32,000 nt of DNA from Halomicronema sp. (GCA_036704045.1 DATNQM010000009.1:43563-75562), one strand, 5' to 3'. Shown: positions 1-9,842, counted from the first letter of the stretch. A program made the numbers and translations. The notes: generated from the letters alone by a model not told the origin.

Positions 1-1034
1 TTGGTTGTGAATATGTGGCAATTTTTAGGGATATTTCTGAACGCAAACAGGCTGAAATCGATTTACGTTCCGCTCTTGACCGGCAGGAAGAATTAACAGA
101 AACTGCTCTGGCTCAAGCTGAACAACTTGCCAATATGCTGACAGAATTACAACAAACTCAAACCCAGCTTATCCAAACGGAAAAAATGTCTTCTTTAGGA
201 CAATTGGTTGCTGGGGTAGCCCACGAAATTAACAATCCTGTTAATTTTATTTATGGCAATTTGGATTATGTCAGCAATTATAGCCACGATTTGCTGCATT
301 TAATTAGGTTGTATCAAAAATATTATACTAATCCTAATGCAGAAATTAATAGCTGTTTAGAAGATATAGATTTGGAGTTCATGATAGAAGATTTACCAAA
401 GATTATTTCTTCTATGAAAATAGGGGCAGAACGAATTTGTCAAATTGTTAGAACTTTACGAAATTTTTCGCGGGTTGATGAATCGGCAATGAAGTTAGTT
501 GATTTGCACGAAGGCATTGATAGTACCCTGATAATTTTACAAAGTCGTATTAAGGCTAAGGCGGATTTTCCGGGAATTCAAGTAATAAAAGAATACGGAA
601 ATTTACCGGAAGTGGAATGTTATGCTAGCCAGCTTAATCAAGTTTTTATGAATGTTCTTAATAATGCTATTGATGCGTTAAAAGAAAAAAGTGATTTTTA
701 TCGAACTGGCTATATTCCTGATAATTCTGATAATAATTTCACTCTAACTCCGGCTCTAATGCCTACAATTTGGATTCAGACAGAGTTAATAAATGAAAAT
801 TGGGTACAAATAAGTATCAAAGATAATGGCACCGGCATTAGTGATGGTGCTAAAGCTAGATTGTTTGACCCATTTTTTACCACGAAACCTGTGGGTCACG
901 GAACGGGATTAGGCTTATCTATTAGCTATCAAATTGTGGCACAAAAGCATGGTGGTGTATTGAGATGTATTTCTCAACTTGGAGAAGGTTCAGAGTTTCA
1001 AATTGAAATTCCTATTAGCCAAAAAGGGATTTAA
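1..1034 (+). CDS. Sensor histidine kinase, C-terminal part (PAS-tail/coiled coil, HisKA, HATPase_c); truncated at the left edge
   Basis: The frame is open to base 1 (GCEY-VAIFRDISERK), so the GTG at 15 is probably internal. H-box SSLGQLVAGVAHEINNPVNFIYGN, N-box NVLNNAIDAL, G boxes DNGTGISDGAKARLFDPFFTTK and GHGTGLGLSIS. Confidence 0.93.
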   Translation, partial: GCEYVAIFRDISERKQAEIDLRSALDRQEELTETALAQAEQLANMLTELQQTQTQLIQTEKMSSLGQLVAGVAHEINNPVNFIYGNLDYVSNYSHDLLHLIRLYQKYYTNPNAEINSCLEDIDLEFMIEDLPKIISSMKIGAERICQIVRTLRNFSRVDESAMKLVDLHEGIDSTLIILQSRIKAKADFPGIQVIKEYGNLPEVECYASQLNQVFMNVLNNAIDALKEKSDFYRTGYIPDNSDNNFTLTPALMPTIWIQTELINENWVQISIKDNGTGISDGAKARLFDPFFTTKPVGHGTGLGLSISYQIVAQKHGGVLRCISQLGEGSEFQIEIPISQKGI

Positions 1035-1173
1035 GGCTGTCTAAGCAGTTATGAAAGTATTGCTAAGCTGGGACGGACGAATTTATATTGGCTTATAGTG
1101 TGGGTGACAAAATCAGGTAAAATAGATTAAATAGTTTGAAAAAAATCGCGTCTTAGACAATTTCAAATTCAAT

Positions 1174-1201
1174 AAAATCTAAAGTCTAAAATCTAAAATC
1201 T
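1174..1201 (+). repeat. Four tandem heptamers AAAATCT/AAAGTCT/AAAATCT/AAAATCT (STRR-like)
   Basis: Direct reading of ...aataaaatctaaagtctaaaatctaaaatct. It ends 1 nt before the rlmN ATG at 1203. Confidence 0.8.
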
Positions 1202-1202
1202 T

Positions 1203-2231
1203 ATGGTGGCTTTATTAGGTCTTTCTGAAGTGGAATTAAAAGAATGGGTGCAAGAACAGGGACAGCCTGCCTATCGAGGGCAGCAATTGCACCAGTGGAT
1301 ATATCAAAAAGGAGCTCGCTCTTTAGGAGAGATTACGGTATTTCCTAAGCAATGGCGGGAAAGTATGGGGGAGGTTGCTGTTGGCCGGTCGAGTATTTAT
1401 TATCGTTCCCAAGCAGGGGATGAAACGGTAAAGTTTTTGTTAAAGTTGGCGGATGGTCAGATTATTGAAGCGGTGGGAATTCCGACAGAAAAACGCTTGA
1501 CGGTGTGTGTTTCTTCGCAGGTTGGTTGTCCTATGGGTTGTGATTTTTGTGCTACGGGCAAGGGGGGTTTTCAAAGGAATTTGGCTGCCCATGAAATTGT
1601 GGATCAAGTGTTAACGGTACAGGAAAATTTTGGCCGGCGAGTAAGTAATGTTGTGTTTATGGGGATGGGAGAACCGCTGCTTAATACTGAGAATTTGTTG
1701 GGTTCGTTACGTTCTTTGAATGAAGATGTGGGAATTGGACAGCGAAATATTACAGTTTCGACGGTGGGAATTCGGAACCGTATTCGGGAGTTGGCAGAAC
1801 ATAAGTTACAAGTTACTTTGGCTGTGAGTTTGCACGCATCTAATCAAGTTTTGCGGGAAAAATTAATTCCTAGTGCGCTGCGTTATCCTTTGGATGAGTT
1901 GATGAAGGAATGCCGGGAATATGTGAAGATTACGGGGCGAAGATTAACTTTTGAATATATTTTGTTGGCGGGGGTTAATGATTTGCCTGAACACGCAGAA
2001 GAACTTGCTGAACTTATGCGGGGTTTTCAATGTCATGTGAATTTGATTCCTTATAATCCAATTAATGAGGTTGATTATCAGCGCCCATCTAAGGACCGTA
2101 TTTATCAGTTTGTAAAAATTTTGGAAGAGTATAATGTGGCGGTGAGTGTGCGCTATTCTCGCGGTTTAGATGCTGATGCGGCGTGCGGACAATTACGGGC
2201 TACAAAATCAAAATCTGAATCAAAACCTTAA
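1203..2231 (+). CDS. rlmN: 23S rRNA (adenine-C2)-methyltransferase, radical SAM
   Basis: Radical SAM CxxxCxxC motif in [24 protein letters not shown], plus [19 protein letters not shown] and [13 protein letters not shown] near the C terminus; RlmN family. Confidence 0.97.
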   Translation: MVALLGLSEVELKEWVQEQGQPAYRGQQLHQWIYQKGARSLGEITVFPKQWRESMGEVAVGRSSIYYRSQAGDETVKFLLKLADGQIIEAVGIPTEKRLTVCVSSQVGCPMGCDFCATGKGGFQRNLAAHEIVDQVLTVQENFGRRVSNVVFMGMGEPLLNTENLLGSLRSLNEDVGIGQRNITVSTVGIRNRIRELAEHKLQVTLAVSLHASNQVLREKLIPSALRYPLDELMKECREYVKITGRRLTFEYILLAGVNDLPEHAEELAELMRGFQCHVNLIPYNPINEVDYQRPSKDRIYQFVKILEEYNVAVSVRYSRGLDADAACGQLRATKSKSESKP

Positions 2232-2298
2232 TTAAATTTTAGGCCGGTTTGAGGGCTATTTTTTGCTGGCTTTGGCTGGGTTTAAGTACATTTTAATG

Positions 2299-2346
2299 GT
2301 TTTTAAGAACCCGGTTCTTTTTTTGATAAGAGACCGGGTTTTTGAG
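2299..2346 (+). terminator. Rho-independent terminator-like hairpin after rlmN
   Basis: AACCCGGTtct...agACCGGGTTtttt inverted repeat followed by T-run. Confidence 0.7.
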
Positions 2347-2417
2347 ATAAAAAAGTAATCTGAAAAATTCTAGAGATATGATGTTTGGGCGAGGAGAATA
2401 TAATTCACCATTTGTTT

Positions 2418-2494
2418 TATAGCGGTTTTCAATCATACCCCCCAGGGGGGTTCAAGGGGGGGCAAGGGGGGTCAGCAGATAGAAAAATGCTATA
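2418..2494. repeat. Imperfect palindromic intergenic element, copy 1
   Basis: Reverse complement starts TATAGCATTTTTCTATCTG and ends TATGATTGAAAACCGCTATA with a C/G-run core. The ends match copy 2 at 10403-10501. Confidence 0.75.
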
Positions 2495-2510
2495 AAGGGA
2501 ATGAGTGTTA

Positions 2511-2684
2511 TTAACGAGCGTTGATGCCGGGTGCATAGGCTTCGATGACTTTGCCGGTGCGGGAACAAGTAATCATTAAATAATCACAGCTAGGGCATTG
2601 AGTGCGGGTTAAATGATGTATATTAATATACTCTCGCTCTCCATGAGCGCCGCAGTTGGGGCAACGAATTTTTTCTGGGTTCAT
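2511..2684 (-). CDS. Small conserved cyanobacterial zinc-ribbon protein (57 aa), absent from the supplied track
   Basis: Reverse-strand translation MNPEKIRCPNCGAHGEREYINIHHLTRTQCPSCDYLMITCSRTGKVIEAYAPGINAR*. Two paired CPxC motifs (CPNC/CPSC). Confidence 0.85.
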   Translation of the reverse strand: MNPEKIRCPNCGAHGEREYINIHHLTRTQCPSCDYLMITCSRTGKVIEAYAPGINAR

Positions 2685-3156
2685 TTTAAACTCTCTATGT
2701 TTTGGTAGGGAAACTCAAAAAAGAAAAATGTAGCCAAATTTACAAGTATTTGCACCCTGGAATTGAAGGGCTTAGCTTTAAAGTGATTTTCACAGGACTT
2801 TGCAAGAGCAAAGCATTGCTTTAACTTTTTTTAATTATGTCAATATTTTTAATGACTGTCAAATAGACAAGCTGGGGATCATGGTTTTAAGGGTGATCTC
2901 GGTTGCAAAACTGCTTGATGAGATTTTTTATCAGTACAGAGTTTTCGGAAAATACAAAGAAAGAAAAGATTAAATTTTAAATTAATCTTGGGATTCTCAA
3001 ACAGTTGGGAGGTATGGAAAGTATGGGGATTTATTTTTTCAGTAATTTAGCTTTTATTTATAAAAATGTAGGCAAAGTTTTGGCCAAAGCTGAGGTTTTA
3101 AAAATTTGCAAGCTGTTTACTAAAAATATAGTTAAGACTAAATCTATAAAAAACTG

Positions 3157-3216
3157 CTAAACCCTAAATGCCCCACCCCCTTAAATTCCCCCTTTATATG
3201 GGGGTGGGGGGTTTAG
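3157..3216. repeat. Strong C/G-rich inverted repeat upstream of sbtA
   Basis: CTAAACC-7 nt-CCCCACCCCC-loop-GGGGGTGGGG-GGTTTAG; the 10-bp arms are perfect. Confidence 0.75.
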
Positions 3217-3656
3217 GGGGTGGTGAGGCTTCCTTGAACTGTAGTAATAATTATGGAAATTGGTATAAAACTAAATGGGCTAAGGGAGATGGATGAGTTT
3301 TAAGAGCAACTTTGGCTATAAAAACTAATTTATCAGCGTCTATCTACTTCGATGTTCATTTGGGGTTAAAAAAATAACTGGTTCAAGGGTGCGAAGGACG
3401 GGGTGTAAATGGAATTTAGTATAAGAGGTTAATGGACGGCTAGGGGGTAATATAGGTTGTCAGGGATATAGTTTTAAGTCTAGATAAATATAAAAACTGG
3501 TTAGAGCCGGTGTCACACCTTTGTTACACAAATGACATACTACTGACATTTATGTGGTTTATGTCTCTATGGGTATGATAAACAATTGTTTATTTTTGGC
3601 AGTAAAAGTTTATACTTCTTTGAGTTCCTCTTCGACAATTTTTAGGAGATTTCGGC

Positions 3657-4631
3657 ATGGATCTAAGCCTGCTACTGACTAATATTTTAAATCCACCTGT
3701 TTTGTTTTTCTTTTTGGGTATGATGGCAGTTTTTGTAAAATCTGACCTAGAAATACCTCAACCTTTGCCGAAACTATTTTCGCTTTATTTGTTGCTGTCG
3801 ATTGGTTTTAAGGGAGGATATGAGTTAGATAAAAGCGGACTGAATAGTGAAATAATTTTGACATTGCTGATAGCAATATTCATGGCTTCTGCTGTGCCGG
3901 TCTACAGTTTTTTTATTTTGAAACAAAAACTAGATACCTATAATGCTGCTGCCATTGGTGCCACCTATGGTTCTATTAGTGCTGTAACATTTATTACCGC
4001 TACTTCTTATTTACAAAAGCTGAGTATTCCCTTTGGGGGCCACATGGTTGCTGCTTTAGCTTTAATGGAATCGCCGGCGATTATTGTGGGAATTGTTTTG
4101 GTTAGAATATTTGCCCAAAAATCTAAAGATAATAATGATTTTTCTTGGCAAGAAGTGATGAGGGAAGCTTTTTTAAATGGCTCGGTTTTTTTGTTAGTTG
4201 GGAGTCTTTTGATTGGTATTCTCACCGGCAGTAAAGGATGGGAATTAATGAAACCTTTCACCCAAGACATTTTTTATGGGTTTCTGACGTTCTTTTTATT
4301 AGATATGGGGTTAGTGGCAGCACGAAGAATAAAAGAATTGAAAAAAACCGGGTCATTTTTAATTGGGTTTTCAATTTTTATGCCCATTTTTAATGCCATA
4401 ATTGGGATTTTTCTGGCTAAACTGATTGGTATTTCCATTGGTAATGCACTTTTGTTTGCGGTATTGTGTGCTTCGGCGTCTTATATTGCGGTGCCGGCGG
4501 CGATGCGAATGACGGTGCCAGAAGCTAATCCAAGTTTGTATGTTTCAATGGCTTTAGCATTGACATTTCCCTTCAATATTATTGTGGGAATTCCGTTGTA
4601 TTTACAAGTAATTAAACTTATGTGGAGCTAA
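3657..4631 (+). CDS. sbtA: Sodium-dependent bicarbonate transporter SbtA
   Basis: N terminus MDLSLLLTNILNPPVLFFFLGMMAVFVKSDLEIPQPLPKLFSLYLLLSIGFKGG is characteristic of SbtA. Polytopic membrane protein followed directly by a PII-like gene. Confidence 0.95.
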   Translation: MDLSLLLTNILNPPVLFFFLGMMAVFVKSDLEIPQPLPKLFSLYLLLSIGFKGGYELDKSGLNSEIILTLLIAIFMASAVPVYSFFILKQKLDTYNAAAIGATYGSISAVTFITATSYLQKLSIPFGGHMVAALALMESPAIIVGIVLVRIFAQKSKDNNDFSWQEVMREAFLNGSVFLLVGSLLIGILTGSKGWELMKPFTQDIFYGFLTFFLLDMGLVAARRIKELKKTGSFLIGFSIFMPIFNAIIGIFLAKLIGISIGNALLFAVLCASASYIAVPAAMRMTVPEANPSLYVSMALALTFPFNIIVGIPLYLQVIKLMWS

Positions 4632-4635
4632 AATT

Positions 4636-4929
4636 GTGGAACGAGTTAAAAGAGTAGAAATTATCACGACTTCTTTAGAACTGGACAAGGTTTTGGATAG
4701 TTTAGACAGCTTGAATATTTCGGGCTATTCTGTAATTCGTAATGTCATTGGCAAAGGAAGTAGAGGTATAGCAGATGATGACATTGAGATGAGTGTTTTG
4801 AGTAATGTTTATGTGCTGACAACTTGCCCACCAGAGGATGTACAAACGCTTGTAGATCGAATTAGACCTATTCTTAAAAAGTTTGGGGGTGTTTGTTTGG
4901 TTTCTGATGCTGAATGGATAATTCATTAA
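4636..4929 (+). CDS. sbtB: SbtB, PII-like regulator of SbtA (GTG start)
   Basis: RVEIITTSLELDKVLDSLDSLNISGYSVIRNVIGKGSRG...FGGVCLVSDAEWIIH; located 4 nt after the sbtA stop. Confidence 0.93.
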   Translation: MERVKRVEIITTSLELDKVLDSLDSLNISGYSVIRNVIGKGSRGIADDDIEMSVLSNVYVLTTCPPEDVQTLVDRIRPILKKFGGVCLVSDAEWIIH

Positions 4930-4946
4930 TTGTTTGGTGGTTTTTA

Positions 4947-4980
4947 AAGCCCGGTTTGTTAAATAAACCGGGCTTTTTTG
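4947..4980. terminator. Bidirectional terminator between convergent sbtB and GT2 gene
   Basis: AAGCCCGGTTTgttaaatAAACCGGGCTTttttg. Confidence 0.85.
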
Positions 4981-4981
4981 T

Positions 4982-6193
4982 TTAAATTTTTAAGCCCATT
5001 TCCTTTAAGCTTTGACGTAACTTAGCGGCTGCCGGTGAGTGTTGTTGTTCATATTGGTTAATGGCTTCTCGAAAGGTATCTAAACTTTCAAAAACATTGC
5101 CGGCTTTGAGTAAAGCGACACCTAAATTTTGATGAGCTTCGGCAAAATTAGGCTTGAGAGTAATTGCTTGCCGGTAACAGTTGATAGCTTCTTGTAACCG
5201 GCCTTTATCTTTGTAAGCAATGCCTAAATTAAAATGAGCAGTTGCTAAAGTTGGGTCAAGTTCTAAAACTGTTGTATAAGCAATTATTGCGCCAGTGAGG
5301 TCGCCGGTTTCTAGTAATAAATTGCCATAATTATTATAAGCTCCGAGTTTAATATAGGGTAAAATTGGCATTTCCATTGCGGCTAAATAATGGGATTTTG
5401 CCTTAGAAGTTTGACCTATGCGACTGTAGGCAATGCCTAAATGATAATGTAATTCATAAAGCACCGGCACTTCAATTGGTTTGCGGGCCCGCCACGAAGG
5501 AACCCCGCGCAAACCTATTTCTAGTAATTGAATTCCTCGCTCAATTTTGCCACTTCTAACATATAAAGCACCCAATTTGCTACAAGTGTAAGGATCATTA
5601 GGATAGTCTGATAAATAAGCTTCCATTGCAGAAGCAGCGCGTTTAAATTTATTTTGAGAGTTAATGGCTTGTTCGGTATAACCTTCGTGGGAGATAGCAA
5701 CTTCTGCGAGTTCCAAAATTTGCCAGTTTGGCTCTTTTTCTAATAACTGAACTATACTATCATCAACCATTGCATGATAGGGATGAGTAAAATAAACTTC
5801 GGGATGATGGCGAAACAGACGCGATACCATTGAGTAAGGAGACTGAGCCGCACCTATTTCGTGACGAATTAAATTAATTAAAATACAGTCTTCTTTTTGG
5901 ATAGCTTGGGTGATCATTGGTGCAATTTCTGGTTTCAGTTTTTCATCAGCATCAAGTACCAAAACCCAGTCGCCGGTGACTACACTCAAGGCTTGATTTC
6001 GAGCAATGGCAAAATCATTACACCATTCAAAAAAATAGACATTTGCGCCGAATTCTTGAGCTATTTCTACGGTGCGATCTGTCGAGCCTGTGTCTAATAC
6101 TACCATTTCGTCTACGACATCTTTAACACTATTTAGACATTCTGCTAGTGTGGCTTCTTCATTTTTGACAATCATACAAAGGCTTAGTTTCAT
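4982..6193 (-). CDS. Family 2 glycosyltransferase with C-terminal TPR repeats
   Basis: MKLSLCMIVKNEEATLAECLNSVKDVVDEMVVLDTGSTDRTVEIA...VLVLDADEKL (GT2, DxD-like), then TPR units NLGIAYKDKGRLQEAINCYRQAI / NLGVALLKAGNVFESLDTF. Confidence 0.92.
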   Translation of the reverse strand: MKLSLCMIVKNEEATLAECLNSVKDVVDEMVVLDTGSTDRTVEIAQEFGANVYFFEWCNDFAIARNQALSVVTGDWVLVLDADEKLKPEIAPMITQAIQKEDCILINLIRHEIGAAQSPYSMVSRLFRHHPEVYFTHPYHAMVDDSIVQLLEKEPNWQILELAEVAISHEGYTEQAINSQNKFKRAASAMEAYLSDYPNDPYTCSKLGALYVRSGKIERGIQLLEIGLRGVPSWRARKPIEVPVLYELHYHLGIAYSRIGQTSKAKSHYLAAMEMPILPYIKLGAYNNYGNLLLETGDLTGAIIAYTTVLELDPTLATAHFNLGIAYKDKGRLQEAINCYRQAITLKPNFAEAHQNLGVALLKAGNVFESLDTFREAINQYEQQHSPAAAKLRQSLKEMGLKI

Positions 6194-6618
6194 TTTAAGT
6201 GACTGTTTTGGTGAGAGATAAAAGTATTTTTGTTATTGTAAAGGCAAACGGACTCTAAGATTCACTTCTGACATATCTACGACAGAAAGGGAGGTAGAAA
6301 CTTTAGAGGGTGGGGGAAGAGGGCAGCCGTGCAAACTTAGGCAGTTTTTTGTTTATTGTTAGATTTAACAATAATTTCTGTTTTAAAAGAGATATAAATA
6401 GGAGTAAAGCCAATAAATAAATCTATTAAGCGAAGCATTCATATTTGCTATCTATCTTTTGGCATAGGCTAACAACTTTTTCTTGTTGATAACTGAAAAA
6501 GCCTTATTTCTTTTGGTTTCTGACCTGTGGTAGATGTAAAGCCTATAAACTTGCTGATATTGTGTAAAAAGATAAGACAAGTAACAACAAAACAGTTTAA
6601 TTTACTGGAGGAAAAGAA

Positions 6619-6885
6619 ATGGGAATTCTAGCTTGGGTTATTTTAGGTCTGATTGCCGGTGCCCTTGCCAAAGCAATTTATCCTGGTCATCAAGGCGGCG
6701 GTTTTCTTGCTACCACTGGTTTAGGAATTTTGGGAGCAGTTGTTGGTGGATATCTTGGTAGTATGCTCTTAGGAACAAGTGGGGGCGCATCTTATGCAGC
6801 TTTGACAATTCCTAGTGTTGCTTTTGCGGTTTTAGGCGCGATTTTTATTCTGTTTATTTGGGGTTTGTTAACTCAACGTGCCTAA
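6619..6885 (+). CDS. GlsB/YeaQ/YmgE-family small stress-associated membrane protein
   Basis: MGILAWVILGLIAGALAKAIYPGHQGGGFLATTGLGILGAVVGGYLG; family signature and size (88 aa). SD-like ggagg upstream. Confidence 0.9.
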   Translation: MGILAWVILGLIAGALAKAIYPGHQGGGFLATTGLGILGAVVGGYLGSMLLGTSGGASYAALTIPSVAFAVLGAIFILFIWGLLTQRA

Positions 6886-7231
6886 TTGCTGAAAACATAA
6901 TTGGCTGGGGGGAAAAGTTAGGCGGTAAGTATTTTTTACCGAATTAACTACCTCAACACGAAGAAAATTTTATCCCCCCAATCAGTTTTTTATGTTTTCT
7001 GAGCAGCAAAGTTGCTAAGAAGATTTTGTAATAAAGCATACTATCCTGTTTGATGGCAATGATTATTTGTCGAAGGGATAGAAAAAGCAAACAATAATAG
7101 CTAATACTTTGCTGAGAGATAAACATCAAAAAATCAAAAAAATTAAGGTGCATTAAATAAATAAAATATCACTTGTTTTTAACAGGTTTTCCTGTTAAAA
7201 AGAGGATATTTATACTAATTAAATTTAACAT

Positions 7232-7258
7232 AAGCCCGGTTTTAAAACGACCGGGTTT
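7232..7258. terminator. Terminator-like hairpin
   Basis: AAGCCCGGTtttaaaacgACCGGGTTT followed by an A/T-rich tract. Confidence 0.6.
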
Positions 7259-7477
7259 ATTTTATGGTTGGCGATATTGACTTTGGAAATTGGGTTATCA
7301 ATACTTTTTAAAAAACTTTTAAAAAAGCTTCAAACAGGCTGTTTTACTAAGAACCGGAGGCGGCTATTACCAAAAACATCAAAATCCAAGATAAAGTAAT
7401 AATGACGAACCCCTTGAAACTTGCTAAATTATTGCTGACTAAAGCCTTTTGGCAGGCACGCTCGAACCCTCAAACAC

Positions 7478-9727
7478 ATGGACACTCTACTCGGACAAAT
7501 ACTGGCTGGACGGTATAGAATTTTAAGCGCCTTGGGAGGAGGAGCTTTTGGTCAAACTTATATTGCCGAAGATTTACAACTGCCAGACAACCCCCAGTGT
7601 GTGGTAAAACAATTTAAACCTCAAACAAAAGATCCGCAAACCCTTGAAACTGCCCGAAGATTATTTGATACCGAAGCAACCGTTTTGCATCGCCTAGGGA
7701 AACATGATCAAATTCCTCGGTTGTTAGCTCATTTTGAAGAAGAGGGAGAATTTTTTTTAGTTCAAGATTTTATTGAAGGCGAACCATTGTGTGAAGAACT
7801 CAAAAAAGGTAAATCTTTAAAAGAGACAGAAGTTATAAAAATTTTAGAAGATATTTTAACGGTTTTGGCCTTTGTTCACGAACAAAATGTTATTCACCGT
7901 GATATCAAACCTTCTAATATTATTAGGCGCTTTTATGATCGGAAATTAGTATTAATTGATTTTGGGGCTGTTAAACAAGTCAGTAATCAAGTAGTTAATG
8001 AAGGTTTTACTGTTGCTATTGGCACCCCCGGTTATATGCCTAGCGAACAATTGGCCGGTCAACCTCGCCCAAACAGTGATATTTATGCGCTGGGAATGAT
8101 GGCTATTCAAGCCTTAACGGGTATTTTGCCTTCACAAATTCCTCAAAATGCCCAAACCGGCAATCCACTGTGGCGTCATCAAGTTTCTATTAACAAAATT
8201 CTCGGTGATATTATAGACAAAATGGTGTGTTATCACTTCATTGAACGTTATCAGTCGGCCGGTGAAGTGCTTTTAGAGATCGCAAAAGTGCAAGATTTTT
8301 TAGCTCAAGAAACCGAAATGAAACGGGATTCTATAAACGATAGCATCCCCCTTACTTTACCTCCCCATACTTCCACTGTTTCCCAAAATTACTCTACTCA
8401 ATCACCGGCATCTACAGTATCACAGCAAACTGTTATAGATATTCCAATTGCACCATCTAAAAATAAAAAAATTAGCTATATTTTTGCATCAATAATAGTA
8501 GCCGGTGTGATGGTGGTGGGTTTGTTGTTTGTACCTAGGACAAATAACTTAACCGCTGCTAATAAATTTTTGGATGCGGAAAAACCAGAAGAAGCCCTCA
8601 CCGTTGCTGACAAAGCCCTTGCTCAAAATGACCGCGATGCTCAAGCTTGGAAAATTCGTGGTGATGCTTTATTTCTTTTAGAACGCTATGAATCAGCTTT
8701 ATCTGCTTATCAAAAAGCTAGTCAACTTGCTCCTAATAATGCAAAATATTGGACTAATCAAGGTGAAACTTTTTATATTTTACAGCGCTACGAAGACGCT
8801 TTAAAAGCCCATAATAAAGCTTTACAACTTGAACCTAATAATGTTGGAGCTTTGAACAAAATCGGTCTGGCATTTATTGGGCTTAAAAATTATCAAAATG
8901 CCCTAGATACTTTTGAAAAAGCTCGTGAAATTAAACCTAATGACCCGGAAGCGTGGGAAAATCGCGGTTTAGCTTTGGAATATTTGCAGCGCCGGCAAGA
9001 TGCTCAAAGAGCTTACGAAGAAGCCCTCGCCTCCTATAATGATGCGCTGAAACTCAAACCTAAAAATCTCCAATCTCGGATTAATAGCGGTCGTATTTTA
9101 AATAAGTTGCAGCGTCCCGAAGAAGCCCTAAAAGTTTTTGATGAAGTTATTGTTATGAAAGCTGATTTTTTTCCCGCTTGGATTAATAAAGGCAATACAT
9201 TGATGCTTTTACGCCGGCCTAGTGAAGCAATTAACGCTTATGATAAAGCTTTAAAAATTAGACCAAAATCTTATTTAACATGGCATAATCGCGGTTCTCT
9301 GTTAATTGCAAATGGCCGTTTAAATGATGCTATCCAAAGCTACGATAAGGCTTTAGAAATTCAAGATAAATTTTATCCGGCACTCCGTGATAAAGGCTTT
9401 GCTTTGTTGCAAACTCATAGGCATTTAGAAGCTCTTTCTGCTTTTGATAAAGCCATAAAAATTGAGCCAAAAGATAGTAAATCTTGGGTAGGAAGAAGTC
9501 TTGCTCTTGCTCAACTAAAACGCAATGATGAAGCTTTAGTAGGTTTAGATAAAGCAGTAGAAATTGAACCGAAAGATCCGGCTGCTTGGCTAAATAGAGG
9601 CTTGGTTCAAGAACAAACTCAGCGAAATGAAGAAGCGCTGAAATCTTATAACAAAGCTGTTGAACTTGACCCGACGTTTCAACCGGCTATCCTTGCTCGT
9701 AAAAAATTACAAGAAAAATTAAATTAG
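7478..9727 (+). CDS. Serine/threonine protein kinase with C-terminal TPR array
   Basis: LGGGAFGQTYIAEDLQLPDNPQCVVKQF, catalytic loop HRDIKPSNII, DFGAVK, GTPGYMPSEQ; a TM-like segment, then many TPRs. Confidence 0.95.
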   Translation: MDTLLGQILAGRYRILSALGGGAFGQTYIAEDLQLPDNPQCVVKQFKPQTKDPQTLETARRLFDTEATVLHRLGKHDQIPRLLAHFEEEGEFFLVQDFIEGEPLCEELKKGKSLKETEVIKILEDILTVLAFVHEQNVIHRDIKPSNIIRRFYDRKLVLIDFGAVKQVSNQVVNEGFTVAIGTPGYMPSEQLAGQPRPNSDIYALGMMAIQALTGILPSQIPQNAQTGNPLWRHQVSINKILGDIIDKMVCYHFIERYQSAGEVLLEIAKVQDFLAQETEMKRDSINDSIPLTLPPHTSTVSQNYSTQSPASTVSQQTVIDIPIAPSKNKKISYIFASIIVAGVMVVGLLFVPRTNNLTAANKFLDAEKPEEALTVADKALAQNDRDAQAWKIRGDALFLLERYESALSAYQKASQLAPNNAKYWTNQGETFYILQRYEDALKAHNKALQLEPNNVGALNKIGLAFIGLKNYQNALDTFEKAREIKPNDPEAWENRGLALEYLQRRQDAQRAYEEALASYNDALKLKPKNLQSRINSGRILNKLQRPEEALKVFDEVIVMKADFFPAWINKGNTLMLLRRPSEAINAYDKALKIRPKSYLTWHNRGSLLIANGRLNDAIQSYDKALEIQDKFYPALRDKGFALLQTHRHLEALSAFDKAIKIEPKDSKSWVGRSLALAQLKRNDEALVGLDKAVEIEPKDPAAWLNRGLVQEQTQRNEEALKSYNKAVELDPTFQPAILARKKLQEKLN

Positions 9728-9842
9728 TGATTTATTAGTAATAATTTATCGGTGGTTAAAATCAAAAAAACAACCCTAAAATAGAGATAGAAACAAAAAA
9801 AATATTTTCCTCGTCTGCTTTACCTAATTACCAATCACAACC

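Noticed and set aside
3505-3518. 14-nt match AGCCGGTGTCACAC shared with 17041-17054
   Set aside because: A short exact match whose flanks are not conserved. Given the genome-wide excess of GCCGGT it may be chance, so it was not promoted to a finding.
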